Of a DNA stretch of 64,000 nt, positions 27,300 through 43,032 are shown piece by piece. Source of the DNA: Eledone cirrhosa (Eukaryota); contig OZ024741.1 of NCBI GenBank assembly GCA_964016885.1, forward strand, positions 119,722,001 to 119,786,000, given 5' to 3'. The notes below the pieces were generated by a model. The model did no database searches, was not told where the DNA came from, and saw only the letters and a list, made by a program, of their open reading frames with translations. Every line of letters starts with the position of its first letter. The stretch's first letter is position 1. The translations under genes were made by a program, and so were the position numbers.

Positions 27300-30200
27300 T
27301 TTTTTTTTGCCACAAAGAAGATTCAGAGTTATTGAAATATTAATACCACCCCTAGCAGGAATTTTAGATTGGAGAAAATTTTGTTACAAAGAGGGGTTCA
27401 GAGCCACTGGAATACCGATTCTATCTTCAGCAGAAGCTTCCAGATTCAGGGGAATGTTTCCATTTATCCGATTATCTTCGTGGAGGTCCTCCAGGACTTT
27501 CTGATGTGGGTGTTACTATGTGGCTGCTCGGTCTGAATTATATAGTTGTCAGAGGTTGCTGGAATCTTGGAGAAGGACACATTGCTAAAGGGTTAATTTG
27601 TCTAGGGTGTTGATTTTAAAGTGTGCCAGCTTTAGTTTAGTCCGAAGTGGAAGCATTTAGAAGGGGTTCGTATTTGGCGATACATTGTGATTCCTTGCTA
27701 ATGCGTTGGATGTAGGAAGCATTGTCTTTAAATTTGTAGATGGGAAGAATTCTAAAATTAGCTTGTTCATTAGATGCGCAGGTTGCGAGGTGTTCACTTA
27801 GTGCTATCTTTCTGTATTCCCGTATTTTGATTTGGGATCTATGGACCGTCATACGTTGTCGGAAGCAGTTTTGGTCTGTACTATGTAGTGCTCTCAACAA
27901 CTTGAGCAGGTCAACACATAGATCAGGTTTTCTGATGCACATGTAAAATTGCACTTAACTGTGAATTATTGTCCTTGTTTGAAGTGGAACTCCGATCCCT
28001 CTATTAGATTGATACATATACCACAGTTGGGTCTTCCGCATTTTTTACTGTAGGGTTCTTGTAGGGTTTTTTACTGCTGGACTTTGGCCTATGTAAGGAT
28101 GTTTTTTATTGATTTGGGTTGTCTTCTGCTCTTTATGATATTGTGCGTTTGAGGATTTGGTTCATTCTTAGGTCTCTTTTTAGTAAAGGTATGTTATGGA
28201 GGATGGTGTCGAATGCCTCATTATTAAGGGGGTTGTGTGTGGAGATGTATGGTAGAGTTTTCAGTTTTGATTCATTCCTTAGTTTGGGGTGTCTAAGTTC
28301 CTGGATGTTGAGTTTTAGGGTACGTTGGAATCCATTGTTGATTAAGGATGGTGGGTAATTCCTGCTAATAAGTGTGTTCTTTAATTCTTCTAGTCGTATG
28401 TAGCATGTGTATTTATCAGATACTATTGTGCAGACCCTTTTGGCTAGGTTGTAAGGAATGCTCATTTTGGTGTGTCTAGTTGGTTTTATTGATAAGGATG
28501 TCGAGGAAAGGAAATTATTCATGGCTGTATTCCATTGTAAATTGAATGTTTGTGTTGAGTCCATTTAGAAGTGTTTTAAATTCGAAAAGTCTTTCTATAC
28601 TTTTATGCCAGAGGATGAATCAACCATCCAGATATCTCTTCCAGTTTTTTTCTATGTGGAGGTAGAAGGGGTTTCCGTATTTATCTAGTACTTTTCGGTA
28701 GAGGGTGATTTCCAAGTATCCCATAACTAGGTTGGCGTAAGAGGGGGTCGTTTTCGAGCCTATGGCAGTCCCGGATTTCTGTCTGTAGAATTTGGCATCG
28801 AATTCGAAGTAATTATTCTCCAAGATAAATTTAAGCCCTTCTATTACGAATTATTTTATGATGCGGTGTGGTAGTTCATTGGGGGTAATTTTCTAACCAG
28901 AATTAGATTGCCTCTATTCCTAGGTTATGTGGGATATTGGAATAAAGGTTGACTACATCAAAAGACACTAGTAGGGTTTGTTCATTATTAAGTGTTTTGG
29001 GGAGGTGGTTGAGCACATCGAGATCGTCCCTTATGTAGCTGCTGAGGCGGTGGGTTTCACAAGCGGGACCTGCTATTATAGGTTTTAATTTGAGGTCATT
29101 GGGTGAGGGGACATTGATGAATATGTCTGTAGCTTCCTTGCATGCCTTACTTATTTTTTCGCTTTTGTGTATCTTAGGGATACCGTAGAAAAGACTGGGT
29201 TTGCTTTTGAAGTCAGTGATATAGTTGTATTCCTTGTTGGTAAGTCCTTCTCTGTAAAGGGTTATTAGAATTTTTAGGTTTCTCATTATTTTGTTGGCTG
29301 TAGTGTTGAGCCTTTTCGTAGTATGTTTCGTCTTCTAAAGATGAGAATACTAGGGTTGTATAATATTTTGTCTCCATAAGGACTACCGCACTCCCTTTAT
29401 CCGTCTCTTTGATTGTTATAGTTTTATCATTCTTTAAACTGTTCAGCTCATCCCATTCTTTCTTGCTGAGGTTTGGCTTGTGTTTATGTCTGTGTAGGTG
29501 TTGATATGGGTAATTTGTAATGTGTTCGCAGATCAAGGAATTTGTTCTTACCTTTAGTTGCTTCTATTTCTAGCTAGTGAGTCGTCCTCATTGTACTTGT
29601 CGTGTAGTTCCTCGCTAAGTCTTAGTTTTCTACAGTATTCCGGAATGTACCCCTTCATTTCGGGGTGGTTTGGGCATGGGGGGGGGGGGGGGGAATCGGT
29701 GTAAATTTCAGCCCTTTGGAGAGTATGTTGATTTGGTCTGTTGTTAGTTCTTTAGTGGTTAAATTTATGACTTTTATTACTTTTGGTCTCTCCTGTATGT
29801 CTTGTCATCCTGTATGTCTTGTTCTTGTGTCTGTGTACTGGGTCTAAAAAAATCATTAAGGTAGTTGTGATGGTTGTTAATGTTGGGTTGTCTCCTCTTG
29901 TATTGTTCCCTGCTGTTGTTATTGAAGGTTCGGGTTCGTGGATGTGGGTTGATTAGGGTGTTCCTATATTTATTGTGTGTTTGTGTGTCCCTATATATCA
30001 TGTGAGGTAGTTGTGTTTTAGGGGCCCTTCGTTGCTGAATATATCGAGTGGTTTGGGTTTGTTGTGTGTGGTGGTTGGGGTGGGGTGGGGGTTGTAAGAA
30101 TGGAGGTTTCCTTGGTATCTCCTAGTGGGAGAGGGGCTGTAATGTCCATCCTGGGGGTGATGTTTTCTTATTTCTTTGTGTGTTTTGCAGGGATGTCCGC

Positions 30201-30495
30201 GTAGTTGCTGCGCGGTTGGGTTAGGAGGTAAGGGGAGGTTGTGTTTTTTTGTTGGTTGTTGAACAGTGTTTGAGTGGTATTTAGGTTTTCTTGTTTTTAT
30301 GAAGGGGTTGTCGGAAGCGTATTCTGTTTGAAAGGTTGTTCCATAGTTTAAGAACCAAGTTTCGCTTTTTTCCAGCGTTGAAGGGATTTCAGTTCCTCCT
30401 TGTTGCAATCCTCTATCCATAGTTTAGAGATATTTTCTAGGTTGGTGCCTTGAGTCTTTTTGTTAATTTCTTGGTTGATCTCTTCGTCGATGGAT
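27300..30495 (-). mobile_element. Decayed Penelope-like element, family B (RT + GIY-YIG)
   Basis: ETDKGSAVV, FYGIPKIHK, SFDVVNLYSNIPH, GTAIGSKTTPSYANL, WKRYLD, LPYISTHNP, RQRMTVH...LSEHLATC. Confidence 0.9.
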
Positions 30496-30600
30496 TTTAT
30501 TTTGACCCTGAAATGGGGATACAAATGGAATAAAACAAGTTTCGTGTAAATCGGAGCACCGGTTCCCGAGATATGGGGTTTTTATGGGTATCTTCATAAA

Positions 30601-30604
<4 letters not shown>

Positions 30605-30667
<63 letters not shown>
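30605..30667. repeat. (GA)n microsatellite
   Basis: Direct reading. Confidence 0.95.
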
Positions 30668-30672
<5 letters not shown>

Positions 30673-30862
30673 TAGAGAGAAAGAGATAGTGGTTGTGAGA
30701 GAATAGATTGAAAGAGAGACATAGAGAGAGGGAGAGGATACAGAGAAGGAGAATGAAAGAGAGAGAGAGAGAGCTGGAGTATGTATATATGTGAGTGTGT
30801 GTGTATATATACATATGTGTGTGTGTGTGTGTCTATGACCAGTTTATATAGATCACAGACAC

Positions 30863-30922
<60 letters not shown>

Positions 30923-31674
30923 ATGTATAAAAACACACATTTATATATACATCCACGCACGTGTGTTTCATTTCACATTATATACATGTCTGTGTATATT
31001 TTAATTATTTAAAAACTATTTTTAAGTGAACATAATTTTTTCAAAATATATATATATACAGACACACACACATACACGCAAACACACACACACAAATACA
31101 CACAAACACACACACACACAGACACACACACACACACACACACCTATATATGATGCTATAATGATCTTCAACACAGTTTCGTTGCTACCATTGGTTTCCA
31201 ATCCCACATTTGACTTAGTTTGTGCATTTGCATTCGTCATGCGACCCTCCGCCCTACACACACATACATGCATTCATAAATATATAAATATATACATACA
31301 TCATACATACAGATTGGTCCATAATTAGCATACTGATTACAAAGAAACGTAGTAACAGGTTACTTGCAAACAGGCAGCATTTAAAATGTTTAACATATTA
31401 CTTTTTTAAATAAAGGTGGATATTACCATCGTTCCATTCTCTTTTTTTTTAAATTCACATTTCTCACTAGTAAAATACTAAGTTAATTATTCGCATTAGT
31501 TATACGTACTGTACTTATACTTGAATAACAAGTATAACATATTAGTAGAACGTTAACATATTGCTGGTGTATAATTACTGAGACAATTATCATTTAAAAG
31601 TCATTGACCAAAGAAATAGAAAACATTACATTATGAATTTAGCATAGAATTATATCACAGAATTATAACATTTT

Positions 31675-32204
31675 ACAGGGTAGGTGTAAAGAAACTTCCC
31701 ATTGAAAATTACTTATAACTGTTGGACTACTGTGACCACTTAGGACAACATAAATGATCTCATATTCATGCAAGATGAAGGCTCCTCCTCATTTTGCACG
31801 CACTGAGTCGCTTGATGTCCACTTTCCAGGAGGTTGGCTGGTTGTTGAGGTCCACATGAATGGTCAGCAAGAAGCCTTGACTTAACACCATGTGATGTTT
31901 TTCCTGTGGGGGTGGGCGAAGGAAGAAGTTTATAGCTCAAAACCAAAAACTCTGACTCAATTGGAGGAATACATTCGTAATGTACTGACCAACATACTGC
32001 CTGAGTTTCTGATGAAGTCAGTCGAGGATATACCCAGGCGATAACAAACACTGGTGGACAACGTTGATGCCTATATAGAATGTTAACATTGTACTGTACT
32101 TCAACCATTATACTGTTCAAAATAAGACGTTTTATGAAAATCGGCCAATAATTAATAAAGTTCATAACAATATAAAATACGAATTTTCTTGCCACCCACC
32201 CTGT
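31675..32204 (+). mobile_element. Internally deleted Tc1/mariner-type element with TIRs
   Basis: tacagggtaggtgtaaagaaa...tttcttgccacccaccctgta; degenerate QDGAPPH and WP.RSPDL.PCD.F-like coding remnants. Confidence 0.65.
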
Positions 32205-33099
32205 AGTACTTATCAGCGAAGGCGCTGACTGGTTAGGGTGTTGAATTGACGATCATAAACTCCTATGTTTGATTCCCTGTATAACATTTTGTCTTTATGC
32301 AAAATATTTTATTTCCCGTTGCTTCAGTCCAACCAGCAGGAAAAAATCATTTATAAAATCATTTACAAAGGGCCAGCTATGTCACACTGTCACGCCGAGT
32401 CTTCATGACAACTACCATCACATTGTACGTGTTTCTGGTATGCTCAGCCACTTATATGTTAATTTCACAATCTGGCTGTTGTGTTGATCAAATAACTGGA
32501 AGACTCGTCGTCAGACTTGACGGTGATCCAATAACAACAATATATTTTAGGTATTGTGTTTCATCCCCATCGTTTCCGACGACTAGCGCTCCAGTCGTTT
32601 GAACAACGGAGCAGCGTACTTGTGAAATGAACGTGAAAGTGGCTGAGCATCCTACAGACATGTACGTCCATAACGTAGTTCTTATGGAGATTGTACGTGA
32701 TACAATGTGTGACATAGTTGGCCGTTTGAATAACAAGTATAATTCATTTCCCTAGTTGAGTTGACTGGAGCAACGCGAAATAAAGTGCTCAAGGACACAA
32801 TGTACGACCTTACAACCGTGAACCGAACACCCTAACTACTAAGTCATGCGCTTTAGTTATTAATGTTTGTCCTTTAGTCAAGGAGAGGCAGCAAATTGGC
32901 AGTGTCGTTAGAACGTCGGATAGAATGCTTTGCGGTATTCGTTGCCTTTCTGCTCTCTGTTTTATTCGATGTCAATAAAAAATAGTATCAGTCAAGTACT
33001 GGGGGTTTTTCTTCCTCTATATCCATTTCTCACTTCCTCTCTTTCATCCTCAATCCTTCACTGGAAGAAATCTGCTCTGTATCGACCTATAGAAGAGAT
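32165..33099 (+). repeat. ~950-bp duplicated block, copy 2
   Basis: Near-identical to 13366-14318. Confidence 0.9.
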
Positions 33100-33867
33100 A
33101 TATACTACTAAATCTCTGTGATGCTTGCTTGTTTGCTTGCTTGTCTGTAATGTAATACAGACAAAAGGGCGCATAATGGGAAAATACTTTTAAAGGGAGT
33201 TGATTCTGAAATGAGAATACAAATGGAATAAAACAAGTTTTGTATAAATCGGAGCACGGGTTCCCGAGATATGGGGTTTTCTGGGTACCTTCATAAATAG
33301 CCAAAACGGTGCATAATGGGAAAATACTCCGAAACTAACATAACCCTGAAATGGGAATACAAACGGAATAAAACAAGTTTGGCGTAAATCGGACATAGAC
33401 AATATTTTCATTATTCAAAAAATATTTTTAAGTGAATAGGATTTAAAAAATACATTTGAAAATTTTTTTTTCAGTGATTTCTTAGTGAATATGATTTCAA
33501 AAATACAAGTTGTTTGTACTTTAAGTATCTATATTTCAGCTTTCTTTAAATAGTCGATTAAACAGACGATATTTAAATTATTAAAAAACAAAAACATTCT
33601 TAAGTGAATATGACTGAAAAATACGAGTTGTTTTTACAGTAAATGTTTATATTTTTGCTTTTGTTAAACAGAATATTTTAATTATTTAGAAATATTTTAA
33701 AGTGAATGTGATTTCGAAAATACAAGTTGTTCGTACAGTAAGTGTTTAGCTTTCTTTACACAGACAATATTTTAATTATTAAAAAGTATTTTTAAATGAA
33801 TATGATTTGAAAAATACGAGTGGAAGAAAAACATAATAACATTATAAATAAAAAGAAATAGAAATAT

Positions 33868-35085
33868 AATAATGATTTCATTTATTAGCCACGAAGGCCA
33901 AAATGTAGGGGACAATACAAAGACAGTGACAGTGGTGGTTTACAATAAGCTTGACTAAAAGTGCACAATAGCAAAACCAATTTAACAATGAGAAAATACA
34001 AAATAAACTATGTATAAACATAAAAGAAAAATTCCCCCAAAGCGGGGTGAACCACCCAGGGGCAACTCAGGTACCCCACCAATCCTGAACCACCCGACGC
34101 TTCTATGGCACCCGGGGAGGGCAACCATCTCCCCCTCAAATTAACCATCCTACAAGCACATGGTCAGAGTAGGTCCACTCACACGGGCTATTCTCGCCAC
34201 ATTCATCCACCTTTTAGCAAATGTACTGGGGGGCAACACTTCTCTCTCCACCCTTACCTTCCTTTCCAAGTGAAACTTGAAAAAGATGAGGGATTGGCCG
34301 AAGAGAAAAGTGTCTGTCTTCAGTCCTTTCAACCTTTTCCATCATACAACCTCTTTCGCAACTGCCACCAGACAGAAGAATATTGCCTGCCCTTCCTGGC
34401 CAAAAGAAAGTGCCTGGTCTATCTTCACTATGGACTCGGCTGATAGCTGGATCCGTTCTACACGCGACAACAGCTGTTCGACATAACTCAGTAATGCACG
34501 GACATTGGACGAGTGCGTGCAGAACGGTTTCGTAGCTCTGCGCGCATCGGGCAGGTCCGTCTGACAGCACTTCTGTGTCTGTAGAGTTTATCTTGAACCG
34601 GCAGTGCTCCCCGATAGCACTGCCAAGCGAGCGATTTCTGGAAGTTTTCTATCGGCTCGAAACTTCCCCAGAACACTGGACAGTTTGACTTGGTCGACGC
34701 CCAGAGCCTCTCCGAGTGCGTCATCGCACTTGCCCACCACTAATCCTCTATAGAATTCGAGAGTGGAAGTTCCACTGACTATTGCCCGTCTGGTGGAGGG
34801 CAGTGAGTGCCTGGCAACATTCCAGATGCCAGTCACCCAATCTCGGTCTCTTCTTGACCCAGGACTGCAGCTCAGTCAAAGAGAGGAGCTGTGGAAAGGC
34901 CCGTCTTACAAACGGCGACCACACATGTTCACCGTTTAGGCAGAATATCTGGAGATACCGCAGCCTCAGCACCATTAGCCACGACATGCCCAGCCCTCCG
35001 CGTAGAGGGTGCTGGCAGCAGATGAACTGCCTCACCAATGGAACCTGTCCCCTCCACAAGAATTTGAAGAGGAGCCGTTCCAACT
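33868..35085 (-). pseudogene. 5'-truncated Tx1-type LINE (ORF2 3' part and 3' UTR)
   Basis: ERLLFKFLWRG, FQKSLAWQCYRGALPV; 3' terminus aataatgatttcatttattagccac resembles that of the young copies. Confidence 0.9.
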
Positions 35086-35089
35086 AAAA

Positions 35090-35700
35090 ATAGAAATGTA
35101 ATAATACAATGCTTACAGAACGAAAATACAAACGAATATAATATAGAATATAAAGGAAGGGGTGGACAACCGAGTCACTACCAGAGCAAAAGATAGCAGT
35201 ATCGCGAGGAGCACTCTAATGATTTTTGAGGTAGGCCAGCACGCTCGCAGCCTTACCTCGGGTAATGGCGAGGCTGATGCGTTGGAACGACCAAGCGCCC
35301 TCGCGAGATTCACCAGTTACCTCTGTTAGACGAGCCGCCAGTGAAGATAGGAATCTGGCAATCAGCAGCCCGACTCCCCCGAACGTCTCGAATGCCACAG
35401 ACTGGAAAATGCAGTTGGCCGACAGATCACAGTACTTTAGGATTCTGCTCCGTTCGGCTGCGGAAGCTGTGGCTCTCGCCTTAACTGCAGCATCCAGGAT
35501 TTGGGAAGAAGCAAAAGAGTCACTAACTGTGACGTCCCAAACAAGGCACCTGCCTCTCGACCAGCTGCACAAGGTAAGGCCGTCTGGTCTTTTCCCATCA
35601 CTCCTGGACAACCCAGATGGTTTCAAGATTGAGGGGATGTTCGCCCGGACCAAAGCACTCTTGAGAATAAGGTTAAGCTCTGTGTGACGCGCGAAGCGAG
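35090..35700 (-). pseudogene. CRE-like RLE retrotransposon 3' fragment
   Basis: RHTELN...GLSRSDGKRPDGLTL..WSRGRCLVWDVTVSD...FETFG...QRISLAITRG. Confidence 0.8.
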
Positions 35701-35839
35701 AGTAAATATTTATATTTAGCTTTCTTTAAACAGACAATATTTTCATTATTTAGAAATATTTTAAAGTGATTATTTAAAAAAAAAATTTTTTTGAAGTAAT
35801 AGGAATTATTTCTAAGGTGAATACGATTTTCTATTCTTA

Positions 35840-38800
35840 GATCATACCTTGAGGAGGAAGAAAGAAGACATCTGGTTGGTCTATAGATAGTGGGAAGAGA
35901 GCGCGGCTAAGAAGAGCCGAAGAAGGTGAGCAAGATAGTGGTCAACACCAACAACAAGATCGGGACAGGCATGCGAATAGAAGGATCGATGAGACTGATA
36001 AAGCAAGGGCTGAGCGTCTGGCGAAACAGAGGGAAAGAGACAGAAGCAGGAGAGATCATGAATCGGGCGCTCGGAGAACTGAACGTCTTTGCCAACAAAC
36101 CATTAGGAATAAAGTAAGGACAGTTCAACGACGTGACCTCTCTGCTGATGTTGGACAGATGAATAAGATCTGTGTCTGTTGTCATGCAATGCATTTTGAT
36201 GGTGAAACTGCTGACTTTTGCTGTATGAATGGAAAAGTCAGGTTGGGGAATCTGCAGCCTTTACCCCAGGAACTTTACAGTTTATTTAGTACTGATCAAC
36301 CTAGGGCAAACGAGTTCAGGAAGAACCCCAGACAATACAAATGCCTGTTCCAAATGACATCTTTTGGGGCCGAAGAAGTTCGTTCCTCAAGGAGTAGATG
36401 GAATCCTTCTATCGTTATTCATGGTCAAATTCACCATTACATCGGTTCCTTAACCTCTAATCCCAACGAACAACCCCAATTTCTTCAAATTTACTTCTGG
36501 GATCCTCAGGATAGTGTTGATTTGAGGATCAGGATACTCCATAACGATGGCATTCAGCACAACATAGTTGAATTATTGGAAATTATACTCAGACAATATA
36601 ACCATTACGTTGCGTCATTTTAACTGGCAAAAGAACAAATTAAAAATATTCCCGATGCTTCGATTATCATTGATCCTGATCGGACACCAGCATTGGAACA
36701 TGACAAAAGATTCAATGCACAAACTGCAAACAAAGTTGCCGTTATTATACAAAACAGCACCGAACTTCAAGCAAAAGCACGGCACATTGTGTTAAAAGAA
36801 AAAGGCGGACAACTGCAAATAATCTCAGAGCCCCATCGGTCCTATGACAGTTTGCAGTATGTTCTATTTTTTCCTTTTGGCCATGACGGATGTTATCATG
36901 AGCTGTTAATGAGTAACAACAAGTTGACGCCCATGCGCTACTATGCCTGTCGAATAATGAACTATGAGAATGAATTCAACCAACTTCTCAGTGGCGGCCG
37001 TTTATTTCAGTAATATTCGGTTGACATGGCTGTGAAGATTGAAGGAGATAGACTGCGATACATCAGAATGAATCAAACATCATTGCGATTTACAACCTAT
37101 AAGGGTCTTACTGACGCATTGAATGACGATGACGATTTTCGCAACATCGGCAGGCGAATCATACTCTCTTCCACATTTGTCGGTGGACCGAGATATATGA
37201 TAGAACGATGCCAGGATGTCATGATGTACATACGGAAGTACGGCAATGCTACATTCTTCATCACAATGACATGCAATCCAAACTGGCCTGAAATCCGGCA
37301 AAACCTATTCCTGAATCAGAAGCCACATGACAGGCCAGATTTAATTGCCAGAGTATTTGACCTGAAGCGGAAACTGTTAAGAAAGTATCTTACTGGAGTA
37401 GATGGCCTATTTGGCAAGTGCATTGCTTACGTGCTGACAGTCGAATATCAAAAGTGAGGTCTTCCTCATGTGCACTGTTTGCTATGGCTCAATGAAGCCC
37501 CCAAGCCCACCAGACCACAGAAATACGATAAATTCGTTCAGACCGAAATACAAGATCCAAACAAAAATCCACAGGATCATGAATTGGTGCTGAAGCACAT
37601 GATCCACGGTCCGAATTGCTCTAACAATTCGCTGTGTTGGAAAGATGGAACGTGCAGTAAGCGGTACCCTAAGCTTTCAATGAATATACATTGTGTGGAG
37701 AGGACTCTTATCCTGTGTACAGAAGACGGTCTCCAGGAATGGGAGGATTTGAGGGGCACCAAGAAGGAAGGGGAGCCGAAATATAACTTCGGAATGGGTG
37801 GTTCCCTACAATATGAAACTATTAAAGCTGTTCAACTGCCACCTAAACGTAGAGATATGCTCTTCCGTGAAATTGATCAAATACGTTATCAAATATACCA
37901 TGAAGGGCAGTGATCAGGCAATGTTTGGAGTGAACAGGGAAGATGAGATAATACAGTATTTAACAGGAAGATATATCGGTCCTCCAGAAGCTGTTGCCTT
38001 GGTACTTGGATTTCCAATTGATGAGAGAGAACCGGCCGTAGTTCACCTTCAAGTTCATCTACCTGAGGAAAATAAAATCTTCTTTTGGGTCAATGCTGCT
38101 GTTAAGGCAAACAATAACATGGCTAAGACGACTCTGACTGAATTCATAGATCTTTGTGCTCACGATCCGTTTGCAAAAACATTGTATTATGCCGATGTCC
38201 CAAAGTTTTACACTTGGAGTAATAAGAGATGGGAAATGTGGGGAAAACAGTTGAGCAGTATCCAGGGATTTTTGAGGTGAACGTTTCTCCACGAAGTGGT
38301 GACCTGTATTATTTAAGACTCCTTCTGCATCACGTCAAAGGGCCACTATCCTTCAACTCTTTGAAAACGTGTGATGGAGAACTCCTGCCATTATTCAAAG
38401 ACGTCTGCAGAGAGAAAGGTTTGCTTCAATCGGATGATCATTGGCAGCAGACTCTGGAAGATGCTGAACGAACAAGGCTTCCCAAAGCCATGAGAGATCT
38501 ATTCATCGTGCTCCTCACAAATACGGAAATTACCAATTCCAGTGCTGTCTGAGGATTACCTTCAAATAGAAAAAAAGGGCTACCAGAAACTCTAACCCTT
38601 TGATTAGTGAGAGACATCATGAGGTCGTTTGTCTTCTGTATTTTGAAGACAAACGACCTGGTCAAAAGTCTTAGTGACTTTAACTTGCCAACGCCAAATA
38701 ATATTGCCGCTAATCAGGATATTGGCAATTTGGGGTTATTGCATGAATTACAATACAGCAGAGAAGAGCAGCGACGATTTGTAGAAGAGAGGGAGCTTCT

Positions 38801-40144
38801 ATTGAATAGTGAACAAAAACATGTGTACAACTTCGTTTGTAACAGTTTAGAGAGGAACACATCTGCATTGATTTTCATTGATGCTCCAGGTGGAACAGGA
38901 AAGACAATTAAATCCTTTCAAAAGTCAGGGGAAACGGTGACGTGGCTATTGCTGTGGCATCATCTGACATTGCCGCAACACTGATACCTGGTGGAAGAAC
39001 GGCACATTCTAGGTTCAAAATACCAATAGTAGTGAAAGAAAATGGTCTGTGCAACATTGATAAAAGCTCAAAGATGGCAAACCGCTTCCAGCATACAAGG
39101 CTGATTGTTTGGGACGAGTGTCCTATGATCCGGAGGGAAAGCTTCGAAACTGTTTACCTCATCCTGACCTCATACGACAACAATGAGGCATTCGGTGGGA
39201 TTTTGACAATCTGCTGTGGTGATTTCCGTCATTTCTTCCGGTAGCGAAAAGGGGAAATGATGCGGATGTGGAAAACGCCTGCATTAAAAAAATACTACTT
39301 ATAGCGAAGCTTCAAAACATTTCAATTGAAGACAAACATGCGATTGAGTGAGGGAGTAGGAGACTATTCACAGTTCCTATTGGATATTGGAGAAGATAAG
39401 AGCAAAAAAACTGAAAATGAGGGAAGTATTTTGCCAAAAGAAAAAATAGTTCTCCAAGCAACAACTATGGAAGAATGCATTGATTTCATCTACACCTCAT
39501 TAGACAATCCAGCTGAGGTGTTTTCGAACAATTGTATCTTAGTACCTCTCAATGAAATGATGAGAAGCATCAATTCTACCTGTATCAGACTCTTCCCTGG
39601 AACCATAAAAGAGTACCGATCCTATAATTCTGTGAGTGATGATGCCAATGCCACCCATTTCCCGACTGAATTCCTTGATTCAGTTGAACTATCAGGACTG
39701 CCACCACATAACCTGGAATTGAAAAAAAGATCGCCAATAATTCTTATGAGAAACTTGAATTCTCCACGGCTTTGTAATGGAACGCGCATGATCGTGGAAG
39801 AACTGCACGACAATCTCATAGTAGCAAGAATCAACACTGCTGCTTTCAGATATGAGATCGTTATGATACCTAGAATAAGAATTAATCTATCCGAAGGTGA
39901 GGATATCCCTTTGCAGCGAAGCCAATTCCCAGTTCAATCGTGCTTCGCTATAACTATTCATAAAACACAAGGACAAACTATGGAAAACGTATTGGTTTAT
40001 CTGGAACGACCTGTATTCCAACACGGTCAACTGTATGTAGCCCTTAGCCGCGGAAAACGAAAAGAAAATGTCAGAGTGTTTCTGAAGGATACCCAGTCAA
40101 CTAAGAATGTTGTCATCAAAAGCATTCTTTTGAACAAACTGTAA
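35840..40144 (+). pseudogene. Helitron Rep/PIF1-helicase with stops and frameshifts
   Basis: CCMNGKV, FITMTCNPNWPEI, VEYQK*GLPHVHCL, HMIHGP, DAPGGTGKT, WDECPM, GDFR, LCNGTR, HGQLYVALSR. Confidence 0.93.
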
Positions 40145-40694
40145 CAGCGTAAATATGAGAAAATGTTGATTCCGACGTCAGAAAATGAAAGGAAAAGGAA
40201 AGGTAAGAATAATTTCTTTCAAATTTGTAAATAAAACCAGCTTTTCATTAACTTTGCAACTTTTTAAGCAGACAAAAAGAATTTTGGAGTGATTGGACAG
40301 CTGTTAGTGAAAAATTGCTTGATATTTTCTTTGTGAAAATACTTGTGAAAAGACAAGTTTCGTGTAAATCGGATCACGTGTTCCTGAGATACACAGTTTT
40401 TTCGGGTACCTTTATATATAGCCAAACCGGCGCATAATGGGAAAATATTTTGAAAGTAAGGTACCATTGAAATGTGATTACAAACGGAATAAAACAAGTT
40501 TCGCGTAAATCGTACCACGGATTCCCGAGATACGCGTTTTTTCCGGTTACCTTGAATTATTGGTCATCCAACGGGTCACGGGTGGTCTAGTAATATTATA
40601 AAATTAAGTTAAATTGTTTAGAACTACAAGTGAAGTCATTGTTTTCCTTTTTTTAAATATACCTAACTGTACCAAGGATTTCAAACATTTTCCA

Positions 40695-40726
<32 letters not shown>

Positions 40727-41390
40727 CAATAAATTATACTTCCGGAAATTAACGATTGAGAATTTAACGGTTGATCAAATATAGTCTATGAATATGAATT
40801 CATTAAGACTAATTTACAATCCATTGCTCTAACTTAAAACACTCATAAACACCAACTAAAGTTTATTTCAACATATATCATGGAAAAGTCTGCAAAAACT
40901 GTATGTTTCTCAACACACATGAATTCGAACACCATAAACATCAAACACCCACCATAGACTCTAATACATTAACACAATTGCTTTAACTGCAGTATTTATT
41001 CTTCTATATATGCATAATAGCTTTGCTTGTCTCCTTCTCATGTATATGACCTACGCAGTCACAACATCCACACGCCTGCATATGAATTGTTATCGCACTC
41101 TTCCTTTCTCAAAACTGCTTCCTCAACGCCTCTTTAATATTTGGACTGTTCCCTTGTTTTAACTGTTGCATGTATTCCACCCCGTGCTTTTGATTTTGAT
41201 TTTGATTTTGATTTAATTTTGATTTTAATTTGAACTTGAATGCTTGTACAATTATGGTACAATTCTCGTAAAAGATATGTCGCATCCATCCCACCCTGTA
41301 AATACGAAACTGTTGCTCACAACATCAATTTATATGTATCTATATTATTGTTCAGTTGAATAGGAGGTGAATTATATGTGCTAACATTGA

Positions 41391-41444
41391 TAATGCTCCG
41401 ATGATTCCAAACGAGAGTTTGGAAGAAACGATTGTCAGCTATTA
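41391..41444 (+). ncRNA. Hammerhead motif with one core substitution (CCGATGA)
   Basis: taatgct-CCGATGA-ttccaaac gaga gtttggaa-GAAA-CGATTG-TC-agctatta; ~170 bp upstream of (TA)n. Confidence 0.6.
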
Positions 41445-41612
41445 AATGATTTGAACACAACTTTGATAATTGTATAATTTATTGATTTAACTGCTCTGTA
41501 AAACAACTGATGTTCATACATTGAGCTATTTCCCTTACTAGTAATAAGGTTATTAAGAAATTACTGACTTCCTGTTTGTGGTTGTTTATACTATATACAT
41601 AACTACAAATAG

Positions 41613-43032
<1,420 letters not shown>

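Larger units (their letters stand above)
33099..40590 (+). mobile_element. Helitron with decayed RepHel and nested insertions
   Basis: Putative 5' end tatatactactaaa; 3' hairpin ggtcatcc/gggtggtc plus CTAG|T at 40587-91; same ~120-bp repeat family near both ends; RepHel remnants. Confidence 0.75.

Noticed and set aside
33400-33820. Spaced repeats resembling a CRISPR array
   Set aside because: Degenerate minisatellite without unique spacers; eukaryotic context and no cas genes
39326-40144. PIF1-like helicase ORF as a host gene
   Set aside because: Contiguous with Rep motifs, intronless and decayed; it is Helitron RepHel
40730-41340. Possible GIY-YIG remnant upstream of the 41.4-kb HHR
   Set aside because: No convincing motif could be read in any frame
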